From Candidatus Omnitrophota bacterium (GTDB lineage Bacteria > Omnitrophota > Gorgyraeia > B26-G9), in NCBI GenBank assembly GCA_043805415.1, contig JAZDHZ010000027.1, forward strand, positions 2,089 to 66,088: a DNA stretch of 64,000 nt, given 5' to 3'. Shown here in pieces: positions 46,564 to 56,396 of this stretch (the stretch's first letter is position 1; each line of letters starts with the position of its first letter). The position numbers and the translations under genes were made by a program. The notes below the pieces were generated by a model. The model made no database searches. It saw only the letters and a program-made list of their open reading frames with translations, and was not told where the DNA came from.

Positions 46564-46690
46564 TTCAATCTCCTTTAAATGAGCGCCTGACTTACGGAGT
46601 GTTCTTTACGACGTAAAGTCAGCCTGCGCGAATTTAGTCCGAAATGACTGCGTCCTAGCAGGCACTTTCGGAATCATTATTATTTATGCA

Positions 46691-47926
46691 TTACTTCATC
46701 TGTCTGATCGCCTTAATCCTTAATAATACCGGAGGATGTGAATAAGTTAAAAATACTTTTGCCGGATGCGGGGTTAAATTTGACAGATTATCTACTGTCA
46801 GCTTCTTCAGCGCGTCAATAAAAGCATCGGGCTGATTAAAAGTTTCTACGGCAAAACGATCAGCTTCATATTCATGTTTTCTTGACAATATACTCCCAAA
46901 AATAGAAAACAGCATATTAATCGGAGCATAAACAAATCCAAAAAATACCAAGCTCGCGTATATTGAAGTTTGCTCCATTTTAAATGCCGCGAATACACCA
47001 TGATTATTCAGGAAAAATGACAAGACAAAAAACATTAATCCGGTTGTGGCAATGGAAATAAATATACTTTTAAAAATATGCTTTTTCTTATAATGACCGA
47101 TTTCATGGGCTAAAACCGAAACCAGCTCATCAGTAGTATGTTTAGCAATAAGCGTATCAAATAAAGCAATCCGCCTAAACTTACCGAACCCGGTAAAAAA
47201 AGCATTGGATTTAGTTGAACGTCTTGAGCCGTCCATGGTAAACACTCCCCGCATTTTAAAATCCTGGGTTTTAGCATACTTTTCCAGTGTCTGTTTTAAT
47301 GGCCCGTCTGCTAAAGGAATAAATTTATTAAACAGCGGCATAATCACCACTGGCGCGATAAACATCAAAAACAGCTGAAACCCAGTTAAAGCAATCCAGC
47401 AATACAGCCAGGCTAAACCAGCGGTTTTCTCAAAAAACCAAAGAATCCCGGCAAAGGCTATTCCGCCAATAATCGCTCCGATAAGCACTCCTTTTATAAT
47501 GTCAGAAATGAAAGTTTTAATTGTTGTTTTATTAAACCCGTATTTTTGTTCAATTACAAAAGTCTGATAAACTGAAAACGGAATGTTTAAGATTTGACTG
47601 GCCAGCATTAAAATTCCGAGAAATATCAACCCGGAGATAATCGTTCCATAACCAAAACCGCGGGCAATTTTATCAACCAGATTAAACCCTCCATACAGGA
47701 TAAACCCGACAGTAAGTGCTGTCATAATCGTATCTTCAAGCAAACCAAAATTGGTTTTTTCTTTTAAATATAATTGTGATTTTTTATATTTATCCGCGTC
47801 ATAGTATCCATTAAATTCTTCCGGCAATTGGGGATTTACGGATTTAAGATTAAGGATTTCAACAACTAAATTTAGTCCATACTTAAATAAGATAATTCCT
47901 AGAATTAAAATCAAATATTTATTCAT
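46691..47926 (-). CDS. M48 family (Ste24/HtpX-like) membrane zinc metalloprotease
   Basis: HEIGHYKKKH HExxH motif. Multiple TM helices. ATG at 47926 with GGAGAG Shine-Dalgarno. The ORF track extension into xth was trimmed. Confidence 0.8.
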   Translation of the reverse strand: MNKYLILILGIILFKYGLNLVVEILNLKSVNPQLPEEFNGYYDADKYKKSQLYLKEKTNFGLLEDTIMTALTVGFILYGGFNLVDKIARGFGYGTIISGLIFLGILMLASQILNIPFSVYQTFVIEQKYGFNKTTIKTFISDIIKGVLIGAIIGGIAFAGILWFFEKTAGLAWLYCWIALTGFQLFLMFIAPVVIMPLFNKFIPLADGPLKQTLEKYAKTQDFKMRGVFTMDGSRRSTKSNAFFTGFGKFRRIALFDTLIAKHTTDELVSVLAHEIGHYKKKHIFKSIFISIATTGLMFFVLSFFLNNHGVFAAFKMEQTSIYASLVFFGFVYAPINMLFSIFGSILSRKHEYEADRFAVETFNQPDAFIDALKKLTVDNLSNLTPHPAKVFLTYSHPPVLLRIKAIRQMK

Positions 47927-47983
47927 ACACTCTCCAATTTTAGCTTCCCATATTTTACACACTATATCTAATGCTTTAGTTTT

Positions 47984-48014
47984 TACACAATACGCAATGC
48001 TCAATACGCGATAC
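47984..48014. repeat. Second copy of the heptamer array in inverse orientation (TAC ACAATAC GCAATGC TCAATAC GCGATAC) in the xth/M48 intergenic spacer
   Basis: Its reverse complement, GTATCGC GTATTGA GCATTGC GTATTGT GTA, matches the 367..397 array at about 28 of 36 positions including flanks. Confidence 0.6.
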
Positions 48015-48018
48015 TGCA

Positions 48019-48799
48019 CTAGATTTTCAAACTTATTCCCACAGGACAATGATCTGAACCAAACACATCTTTCAAGATAAACGCGTCAACCAAAGCTGCG
48101 CTTGCTGGATCATTGATAAAAAAGTAATCCAGCCGCCATCCTATATTTCTTTGCCGCGCTTGGGTTTTATAATCCCACCATGAATAGGCGACTGTATCTT
48201 TATGCCGGAATCTAAAAGTATCCACAAATCCTAACTCAATAAACTGATCTATTAATGCTCTTTCTTCCGGCAAAAACCCTGAATTTTTACTATTTTCTTT
48301 CGGGCGGGCAAGATCAATCTCATTATGCGCGGTATTTAAATCCCCGCAAATTATAATCTTTTTTTGTTTATTTTTAATTTTCTGAATATATTTAAAAAAC
48401 TCCTGATAAAAATCCAGTTTAAACTTTAATCTTTCGGCAGAACCGCCGCCATTGGGAAAGTAAATATTTATCAGCACAAAACTCTGATACTCAAGGATCA
48501 GCACCCGGCCTTCTTGATCAAATATTTTATTATTAAACCCATACTCTATATTATCGGGCTTAAATCGGGTATATATCGCAACTCCGCTATAACCTTTTTT
48601 TTGCGCCTGATTCCAATAAACCCTATATCCTGCTACTTCAAGCAAAGATTTGCTCAACTGCTCAGGATGTGCTTTTGTTTCCTGCAAACAAAGGAAATCC
48701 GGATTTTCAGTTTTAAACCAATCCAAAAACCCCTTTTTTTCTATTGCGCGTATTCCATTGACATTCCAGGATAAGAATGTCAATTTATTATTTTTCATC
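48019..48799 (-). CDS. xth: Exodeoxyribonuclease III
   Basis: LTFLSWNVNGIRA, PDFLCLQETK, and C-terminal SDHCPV motifs. ATG at 48799. Confidence 0.85.
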
Positions 48800-49621
48800 T
48801 GCTTGATTTTCTTCACTGTTAACCGCATTACCCGCCGGAATATAATCACGCATCATCATTTTATAGCCGATCCCAGCAGTTCCATCTATCCGCAAAGGAA
48901 TTCTGTTTTTATCAGCGCCTATCCAAATCTTGATTTTACTAGGTTCACTTTCAAAATAATAAGCCTCAAATTTTCCCGCCGGAATTTCCACCTCTTCTAT
49001 TCTGATAAGTTTTATTACATACTTACCTTGAGGCAGATTAGCAGTAAAGGTCCAGCCTATTTCTAAGCCTGCGGCATCACGCACAAAAAAAGGCAATAAA
49101 ATAGCATTCTGGATCGGCTCTGTGCTTCGAATCTCTGTGGTAGTTGTCCCGAATCTTTGATTTGTAATCGTCAGTTTAAAATTACTTTGATCATACACTT
49201 CCCTGATTTTCTCAGGCGTTAAGGGCTTTGATATCTTGCGTTCAACAATAAGCGGCAAAAATGTACTTGAATCGCAATAAATAGTTTCTCGATCATTAAA
49301 ACTCATTGCCTGGGTATGAAAAGTTATAATATCTGCCGGTTTGTTATCCAAATAAGTTTTCCGCAAATGATGATACTCCGATGTTCCCATACGCACTCCG
49401 CCAAGAAACAGATCATAATTTATCTGCTCACCAACCCGATCAATTATTTGTTCTTTAGCGCTGTCTTTGACACTTTCAGTAAGCTTATTGTCATATTCAA
49501 CAATATCCTCCGCTTGCCAAACATAAAAAAACGCGATAACCAAAAACAATAAAAACAATAATCTTCCCCTTCTCCCCCAACGTTTATTCGGAGCAGAAAG
49601 ATATGGAAAAAGATGACGCAC
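48788..49621 (-). CDS. Hypothetical membrane-anchored/secreted protein (possibly DUF3108-like)
   Basis: N-terminal Arg-rich segment followed by a hydrophobic anchor. No catalytic motif. Confidence 0.4.
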   Translation of the reverse strand: MRHLFPYLSAPNKRWGRRGRLLFLLFLVIAFFYVWQAEDIVEYDNKLTESVKDSAKEQIIDRVGEQINYDLFLGGVRMGTSEYHHLRKTYLDNKPADIITFHTQAMSFNDRETIYCDSSTFLPLIVERKISKPLTPEKIREVYDQSNFKLTITNQRFGTTTTEIRSTEPIQNAILLPFFVRDAAGLEIGWTFTANLPQGKYVIKLIRIEEVEIPAGKFEAYYFESEPSKIKIWIGADKNRIPLRIDGTAGIGYKMMMRDYIPAGNAVNSEENQADEK

Positions 49622-49742
49622 ATTTACCTCTTAAATTAAAGTGTCTTTTTTTATTAAATATCTTAAAAATAAAAATTTTTATTTACTTTTTATCCGTACT
49701 TTATGAATAAAAACATGCCTGGTTTAGACCTGCGCAGACAGA

Positions 49743-51416
49743 TTAGGCCTTCTCAATATTATTAGAATCGCTTTTCCTTGCTAAAAAAAACATTATTAAA
49801 ATCGGTAGAAATGCTACGGCAATAACGATTATCCCGGAGATTACAAAGTAAGCATTATGTGATTTGAGTAAAGGCAGCCCAACTAAAGCCGCGTCAATAA
49901 CAAAATGGGTAATCAGCACTGCTTCTAAGCCATAATTAAGAAAAACAACACCAAACACTATCCCCGCGATAGTTAGTTCTATGCCTCTGACATAAGCCGG
50001 AAAAACAGGATAATTAGAATGAGCAAAGGCCCAAATTAAAGCTGGGATTAGAATCGCCAGCCATGTTAATTTAGCATACTTTTTCAGAAAAGATATTGCA
50101 AACAGACGAAACATAAATTCTTCGCTAACCGCGGCACTTAGAGCTATTGTCAGAGGAAAAAGAAACGGCATGCTGGTACTAAGGATATTAGAGTATTCAG
50201 CCTCAGGCGGCATCCAGATATTAAAATACTTTGCGCCAATCAAGTAAAACAAGGTTATATACCCTAGAAAAATAAAACCCAGACTATAACCAACGACAAA
50301 TACAGGCAATATTTCACTGGTCGCGGCCTTTCTCTTTTTAATTGCCGCAAAAACAGGCATTTTAACCTGCAAAACTTCCTGGGCTAAGGATTCCCCTGAA
50401 TTCCCAAACAGAAAAATAATTAATCCAATCAATAATGCCCCAATAAATGCGCTTCCTGCTGAAATAAGCATAAAATTAGTTTTGCTGATTGTATCTGGAT
50501 AGGAGCTCCATAAAAGAGGCAGATTATTAAGAAAATCCATGATTGTTAATACTAAAATAATAATCCCAAAAACAAAACCAAATTGCCAATTAATCTTGTC
50601 TCTTTTATACTGCACGATTAAAATAAAAATTGCCGCTATAAATAAGCCGAACATAAAAATTGTTGTTATTATTGATAAGACTTGGCCCAGCGCCATATCT
50701 TTTTGCAAATTCCTGCTGAATTCTTCCGGCAGATCAAGAAATCTACCCAAATAACCCAAGCTTGATCCATAGACAGCAGCATTCAAGCGTAAATGGGCTT
50801 GATCAATAACATAATTCTTCTTTTCCCACTCAAAATTAAAATCAGTTCTGTTTTTCTGAACCTTTGAATTATTTTCTTTTAACTCATAATCTGCCAAATC
50901 AAAGCCCATGTCCGTTAATTTTTCTCTGACAAATACCTGGGCTTGCTCGGCAGTAAGATTATCTCCTTTGGCATCATCAAGCAGCGCGTGATGAAAATAA
51001 ATAATCTCTCCGTTTGCTGGGTCTAAAGCGCAATAGAAACCTTCTTTATCCAGTTCTTTAAACCAGCGGATACTCCAAAACCAAATCGGCAGACCTTGTT
51101 TTATCAGTTCATTAGATTTTTTAATCCCTTGGGTTTTTTGCAAATATATAGAAGCGTTTGAATCAGAATCAAAAAGAATCGTTTGCTCAAACCCATCTAA
51201 GTTAAAGCCCTGGGCTTTAACAAAAGACTTTGCTTTTCCTAAAATTTCATCCTTACTCAGCCGGATATCTATTGACGCGATCGGAAAAGCCGAATTAAAA
51301 TAAATAATAAATAAGGTCAAACCTACAATTCCTAAAAACAACCATATAATTAAAGATTTTTTGTTATTTTTCATAATCTGTCTTATTTCTATTAGGGATA
51401 AATTCTGCGCGTACAC
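49743..51416 (-). CDS. CPBP-family (CAAX protease / Abi) intramembrane metalloprotease with a large N-terminal extracytoplasmic domain
   Basis: C-terminal EEFMFRLF, WAFAHSNY, and HFVIDA motifs. 557 aa. Confidence 0.7.
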   Translation of the reverse strand: MYAQNLSLIEIRQIMKNNKKSLIIWLFLGIVGLTLFIIYFNSAFPIASIDIRLSKDEILGKAKSFVKAQGFNLDGFEQTILFDSDSNASIYLQKTQGIKKSNELIKQGLPIWFWSIRWFKELDKEGFYCALDPANGEIIYFHHALLDDAKGDNLTAEQAQVFVREKLTDMGFDLADYELKENNSKVQKNRTDFNFEWEKKNYVIDQAHLRLNAAVYGSSLGYLGRFLDLPEEFSRNLQKDMALGQVLSIITTIFMFGLFIAAIFILIVQYKRDKINWQFGFVFGIIILVLTIMDFLNNLPLLWSSYPDTISKTNFMLISAGSAFIGALLIGLIIFLFGNSGESLAQEVLQVKMPVFAAIKKRKAATSEILPVFVVGYSLGFIFLGYITLFYLIGAKYFNIWMPPEAEYSNILSTSMPFLFPLTIALSAAVSEEFMFRLFAISFLKKYAKLTWLAILIPALIWAFAHSNYPVFPAYVRGIELTIAGIVFGVVFLNYGLEAVLITHFVIDAALVGLPLLKSHNAYFVISGIIVIAVAFLPILIMFFLARKSDSNNIEKA

Positions 51417-51649
51417 AAACTACCGTCTTCAGATCTCTCTATCTTCCACAATTCAATTTTTGTTCCATACTCTACTCCATAATATATACTGTTATTAATC
51501 CGTGACGTAAATACAATATCATAGTTTTTTACATCAAAACGGACTGAAAATAGACATAAACCCACAATCATGCCTGTAACTAAACCCAGAATTAAGAAAC
51601 GCAGCACATCATAAATCGAACCAAATATGAAATTTTTATTTTTTTCCAA
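51392..51649 (-). CDS. Small hypothetical membrane protein (85 aa), uncertain
   Basis: One TM helix. Overlaps the start of the CPBP gene. No homology recognised. Confidence 0.3.
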   Translation of the reverse strand: MEKNKNFIFGSIYDVLRFLILGLVTGMIVGLCLFSVRFDVKNYDIVFTSRINNSIYYGVEYGTKIELWKIERSEDGSLCTRRIYP

Positions 51650-51807
51650 AAAAACCTCTTTTTTGTGAAACAGTAATATACACAGCTACTTACGGATCTA
51701 AAACTTTTATAATATAATACCGCGTATCAAGAAATCTGTAAACAGATTTCTCTATTCAGCTGGGTATTAGATTTTCTACATTTAATTAAAAATATCTTTT
51801 GCTTACA

Positions 51808-51842
51808 GAAAAACCAGCAAATACTATTTTCTTGCTGGTTTT
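51808..51842 (-). terminator. Rho-independent terminator after the carboxynorspermidine dehydrogenase gene
   Basis: AAACCAGCAA / TTGCTGGTTT 10-bp stem with T-run on the minus strand. ACCAGCAA is repeated three times locally. Confidence 0.5.
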
Positions 51843-51874
51843 TGCTGGTTTAATTTTATTATATTCTGTTTTTA

Positions 51875-53122
51875 TTATCTAACTCTCTTACTCTCTGGTA
51901 AGGGGCGAGGATTTTCATCAATAATTGTCGGTAATCCGAGCTTATTCAGAATCCCTATAAAGCAATCAGGCTCAAGCTGTTCAACATTAGCCATTTTTTT
52001 AACATCCCAATCTCCTTTTACTACAAGCATCGCTGCTGCCACTGGTGGTACCCCTGCTGTATAACAAATAGCTTGCGACTCAACTTCTTTATAACATTCC
52101 GCGTGATCACAAGTATTATAGATGAAAATTTCTCTGGGCTTGCCCTGCTTTGTGCCTTTAATATAATTGCCGATACATGTCTTGCCTGTATAGTTTTTCG
52201 CCAGGGATAAAGGATCCGGCAATATGGCTTTAATCACTTTTAAAGGAACAACCTCCACGCCTTCTGCTGTTTTTATCGGCTTTTCTGAAGTCAAACCAAG
52301 GTTTGTCAGCACTGAGAAAACATTTATATAATGATCGCTAAATCCCATCCAGAAACGTATACTGTTAGCATCAATAAACTTAGACAAAGAGTGCAATTCA
52401 TCATGCCCGTTTAAATAAACCGGCTGTTTACCGGCAACAGGGAAATCATATTCCATTTTTATAGAATGAACTTTTTCTTCAACCCATTTGCGATCAATCC
52501 AAGTCCACACCTTTTTAAATTCGCGAAAATTAATTTCCGGATCAAAATTAGTGGCAAAATACTTGCCATGATTGCCGGCATTTACATCCATAATGTCAAT
52601 TGTATCAATTTTATCAAAATAATGCTTTACGGCTAAGGCACAATACGCGTTTACCACTCCGGGGTCAAATCCCGCGCCTAATATGGCAGTAATCCCCTTT
52701 TGGTCACAAATTTCTTTACGCTTCCATTCATAATTAGCATACCATGGCGGATTTTCACAAACCTTGTCTGGATCTTCATGGATAGCGGTATCAATATAAG
52801 CCGCGCCGGTTTCAATGCAAGCTTGAAGTAATGACATATTTACATATGATTGCGCCAGGTTTATTACTATCTGGGAATTAGTATCTTTAATCAGTTTTAC
52901 TGCCGCGGGAATATCTAAAGCATTCAACTGTTTGGAATAGAGTTTTTTAGTTGTATCTTTTAAATGCTTTTTTCTTATAACGCTTTCAATTATTTCATCA
53001 CATTTACTTTGCGTTCGGGAAGCTATGCAAATATCTCCTAAAATATCATTATTTTGCGCACATTTATGAGCAGCAACATGCGCGACTCCGCCAGCGCCTA
53101 CAATAAGTACATTCTTTTTCAT
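51875..53122 (-). CDS. Carboxynorspermidine/carboxyspermidine dehydrogenase (saccharopine dehydrogenase-like)
   Basis: LIVGAGGVAHVAAHK Rossmann motif. CANSDH-like length of 415 aa. Confidence 0.8.
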   Translation of the reverse strand: MKKNVLIVGAGGVAHVAAHKCAQNNDILGDICIASRTQSKCDEIIESVIRKKHLKDTTKKLYSKQLNALDIPAAVKLIKDTNSQIVINLAQSYVNMSLLQACIETGAAYIDTAIHEDPDKVCENPPWYANYEWKRKEICDQKGITAILGAGFDPGVVNAYCALAVKHYFDKIDTIDIMDVNAGNHGKYFATNFDPEINFREFKKVWTWIDRKWVEEKVHSIKMEYDFPVAGKQPVYLNGHDELHSLSKFIDANSIRFWMGFSDHYINVFSVLTNLGLTSEKPIKTAEGVEVVPLKVIKAILPDPLSLAKNYTGKTCIGNYIKGTKQGKPREIFIYNTCDHAECYKEVESQAICYTAGVPPVAAAMLVVKGDWDVKKMANVEQLEPDCFIGILNKLGLPTIIDENPRPLPESKRVR

Positions 53123-53154
53123 TTATTCTGTTCTCCTACTTATTTAGGGGTTAA

Positions 53155-54264
53155 TTAAGACAAACTATTAACAAAATCTTCATATCCAAACCTATGGACT
53201 AAATCCATTGATCCATTAAGTCTTTTTACAACAATTCCCGGCATTTGCAGACCATTAAACCAATTTTTTTTAACCATGGTATATCCGGCCGCATCAGCAA
53301 ATTTAATAATACTGCCTACTTTTAACTTTTGGGAAAAACCAAAAGACCCGAATATGTCTCCAGCTAAGCAAGAACGGCCAGCAATCACATATTTATAATT
53401 CTGATTAACCTGAGGGTCAATTTTCGCGCTAATCCGGTAAACCAATAAATCGAGCATGTGCGCTTCAATCGAAGCATCGACTATGGCAATATCCTTTTTA
53501 TTATGCACAATATCAAGAACAGTTGTCACCAACTGCGCGGCTTGGGTAATCGCGCTTTCGCCTGGCTCTAAATAAACCTGAATTTTAAAACGCTGACTAA
53601 ACTGTTTTAATTTTTCCGCGAATTTCACCACCGGATAGTCAGGCTTAGTAAAGTAAAATCCGCCTCCCAAACTCACCCAATTAACTGTTTCTAATAATTT
53701 AGCGTATTTACGGCTAAGATAATCTATATTTAAGCAAAAATTAGCAAAATTATCATTTTCACAGTTAAAATGAAACATTACTCCGCTAAGCAAATGGCTG
53801 ATTTCCCGCAGAGAACTTTTTCTGATTACTCCCAGCCGGGAATATTTACGCGCAGGATCAGCCAGATCAAAATGAGAATAACTGATTTGCGGATTCACTC
53901 TTATGCCCAATTGCACTTTATTCGTATATCTGGCAAATTTTTTTAATTGGGATATTGAATTAAAAATAATTTTATCAGCAAATTTGCTTACTTGTTCAAT
54001 ATCTTCCTTTGAATATGCTACAGCATAGGAATGAACTTCTTTGCCAAATTTTTCATAACCCAGACGAGCCTCATACAAAGAACTTGAGGTTGTCCCATCC
54101 ATATACTGCCGCATTAGATTAAAAACACTCCAGGTTGAAAAGCATTTTAGAGCTAGTACTGATTTCACACCAGAAATATCTTTAATCCGTTTGATAATTT
54201 TCAGATTTCTGAGTAATATTTTTTCGTCAATTAGATAATAAGGGGTTTTAAATTTCATTGACAT
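53155..54264 (-). CDS. nspC: Carboxynorspermidine/carboxyspermidine decarboxylase (NspC-like, PLP fold III)
   Basis: MSMKFKTPYYLIDEKILLRNLKIIK..LALKCF typical NspC N-terminus. 369 aa. Confidence 0.8.
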   Translation of the reverse strand: MSMKFKTPYYLIDEKILLRNLKIIKRIKDISGVKSVLALKCFSTWSVFNLMRQYMDGTTSSSLYEARLGYEKFGKEVHSYAVAYSKEDIEQVSKFADKIIFNSISQLKKFARYTNKVQLGIRVNPQISYSHFDLADPARKYSRLGVIRKSSLREISHLLSGVMFHFNCENDNFANFCLNIDYLSRKYAKLLETVNWVSLGGGFYFTKPDYPVVKFAEKLKQFSQRFKIQVYLEPGESAITQAAQLVTTVLDIVHNKKDIAIVDASIEAHMLDLLVYRISAKIDPQVNQNYKYVIAGRSCLAGDIFGSFGFSQKLKVGSIIKFADAAGYTMVKKNWFNGLQMPGIVVKRLNGSMDLVHRFGYEDFVNSLS

Positions 54265-54402
54265 ATTTTATCACAAAACCGATAAGTTGAAAAGTAATAA
54301 AACCCCACTACTAGACTCATTATTTATTCTTAAGTCCAGACTAAGTAAAAAAAACAGCAGAAATTTTCTGCTGTTTTTAAATATTTGAGTAAGTATATTG
54401 TT

Positions 54403-54771
54403 TCAACGCGTAAGAAAACGCGATTTTATTCTTTTTGCCCCAAAGAACTCTTTTGTGAATTTCTTCGCGAGAGTTTGGTCATATGTTGTACATGAGAAGA
54501 TATTGATATAAGCAGTTTTCCAATGATCCGAAAAATGACCGGTAATCGAGCTTGTTTCAATAAGCTGAACCAATGAAAAACCTCTGGTAAACTCTTCTCT
54601 TTCCCCAAAATAAGGGATAAGTGTTTTGCCGAATTGTTTCATCTTAATAAGATTGCATAGCTTATCAGCATATTCCTGCAGCTTTTTCTTAGAAGTAATA
54701 ACTTCGACATCACACTCAAACAAATCCAACACCAGCTCATAGCCATATATCTTTTTATCTTTTTTCTTCAT
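54403..54771 (-). CDS. Class 1a S-adenosylmethionine decarboxylase-like (SpeH-fold) pyruvoyl proenzyme homolog
   Basis: 122 aa. ELVLDLFECD...IETSSITGHFSDHW resembles the SpeH self-cleavage region (E-S-S). Confidence 0.65.
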   Translation of the reverse strand: MKKKDKKIYGYELVLDLFECDVEVITSKKKLQEYADKLCNLIKMKQFGKTLIPYFGEREEFTRGFSLVQLIETSSITGHFSDHWKTAYINIFSCTTYDQTLAKKFTKEFFGAKRIKSRFLTR

Positions 54772-55114
54772 TCCGGTGTTATCCTTACCTTGTTAGGGAT
54801 GGCCAAAGCAATCAAGTCAATCCACTTGTTAAAGCAATTTTACCAAATTGCGCTCCTTTTGCTTTTACGGCTGTCCTTTTTGTTAATTTACTGTCAATTA
54901 TTCTAAATCAATTTTATACAAAAATCTTAGTTTTTTCAACAAAAATATTTTTTTCTTTTTTAGTCGAACCAAAAACCCTAAGTGAAAAATAATATACAAT
55001 ACGCTCAAGCAAAAATCAAGTAAAAAAATAAAATAAATACGAATCTTGCTATTGCTTGAAATCTCCGGCTCGCTGAGATATAAACGCAAACAGATTAATA
55101 CAGTGAATGCTGAC

Positions 55115-55152
55115 TTTAAAAAACAGGCCCAGGCTATTGTGCCGGGCCTGTT
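55115..55152 (-). terminator. Rho-independent terminator of the cold-shock gene
   Basis: GC-rich stem AACAGGCCC / GGGCCTGTT followed on the minus strand by TTTTAAA. Confidence 0.7.
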
Positions 55153-55167
55153 AATTAGCTATCAATA

Positions 55168-55368
55168 TTAAACTTTTACTACATTTACAGCCTGCTCACC
55201 TTTAGGCCCTTGAGCAATTTCAAACTCAACTTCTTGACCTTCATCAATGGTCTTAAAGCCGTCGCCCTGAATTGCGCTATGATGTAAAAATACATCGTTT
55301 CCTGTTTCAGTAGTGATAAACCCATAACCCTTTTGGTTGTTAAACCATTTAACCTTCCCTCTTGCCAT
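55168..55368 (-). CDS. Cold-shock protein (CspA family)
   Basis: [17 protein letters not shown]1 motif and [11 protein letters not shown]2 motif. 66 aa. A ~170-nt probable 5'UTR lies upstream. Confidence 0.9.
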   Translation of the reverse strand: MARGKVKWFNNQKGYGFITTETGNDVFLHHSAIQGDGFKTIDEGQEVEFEIAQGPKGEQAVNVVKV

Positions 55369-55542
55369 TACTTACTACCCTCCATTTTACAGTTTCCACC
55401 CTGCAAGTGCACAATAAAAAAACCGCAACGTAAGTTTATATCTTACTTGCGGCTGATTTTTACTTTAATGCACTTACTCATAACACAAATTAATATATAG
55501 TAACCTGTTATACTTGTCAATAAATTTATATTCTTCAATTTT

Positions 55543-55881
55543 TCAATCTTCTTCTTTATTAAGGCAAATAACCTTAAGAGTTATATGCTCACCATCCTGC
55601 CAAGGCCAGAACATTACAAGCACACGCGTTCTGTCAAAATCTTTTTTATATAAAGTCTGCTCGTCAAAAATCCCGCCAAAATCCTTTGTAAACTCAATGT
55701 CCTCAGCAGTAGGTTTAATTCCCGCGGAACTCACCGGAGCCCCAAACAATTGCTCCATAATTTCAGCACAAAGAAAGATTTGTTTATTAAATATAACAAT
55801 CTCAGCATAATTATCGGCAACACGGCGTTGTTGATAGATTTCTAGCTTATCCAGTTTTTTAATAATGTCTTTAGCCGTCAT
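55543..55881 (-). CDS. Hypothetical protein (112 aa), co-transcribed with a CheY-like receiver
   Basis: No motif recognised. 4-nt gap to the upstream receiver gene. Confidence 0.4.
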   Translation of the reverse strand: MTAKDIIKKLDKLEIYQQRRVADNYAEIVIFNKQIFLCAEIMEQLFGAPVSSAGIKPTAEDIEFTKDFGGIFDEQTLYKKDFDRTRVLVMFWPWQDGEHITLKVICLNKEED

Positions 55882-55885
55882 TGCT

Positions 55886-56284
55886 TTAATCTTTCGGCGT
55901 CGCCTTTTTCGCTTTATCTAATTTCTGATTAACTAAATTTAAAAGCTTTTCCAGTGATACTGGTTTATACAAAACATCTTCTTCCGTATATCCCAATGTA
56001 AGCATTATCTCAACAAATCCAGAATAATTCAAGCTTCCAGTTAAAATAATTGCCGGCACTTCAATTCTCTTTTTTTTCATTTCAAGCAAAACCGCGATAC
56101 CTCTTTTACCAGGCATGCGCATATCCAGAATCATCAAATCTATTTCGGGACTTGATCGAGCAAGTATATCAAGTGCTATTTGACCACGCGATGCCGTGGT
56201 AACCTCAAAACCTTGACGATTAAAATATCTTTTTAAAACAAGAACCATTTCTGATTCATCATCCACCACAAGTATCCTCGACAT
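55886..56284 (-). CDS. Single-domain response regulator (receiver only)
   Basis: ILVVDDESEM...LDMRMPGKRG...K. Shine-Dalgarno AAAAAGGGGGTGGG upstream. Confidence 0.8.
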   Translation of the reverse strand: MSRILVVDDESEMVLVLKRYFNRQGFEVTTASRGQIALDILARSSPEIDLMILDMRMPGKRGIAVLLEMKKKRIEVPAIILTGSLNYSGFVEIMLTLGYTEEDVLYKPVSLEKLLNLVNQKLDKAKKATPKD

Positions 56285-56396
56285 CCCACCCCCTTTTTTT
56301 AGCTAAATGTCGAAACTACTAAATCTAGTTTTTTAATTATACATTAATCCGGCATTGGATGTCTACATATAATTAATAAAAGCTATTGATACCGCA

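Noticed and set aside
54898-55089. 63-aa minus-strand ORF in the csp upstream region.
   Set aside because: The translation is low complexity and hydrophobic (IYFIFLLDFCL...KKKKIFLLKK) and derives from an A/T-homopolymer-rich spacer. This is more likely UTR or promoter DNA.
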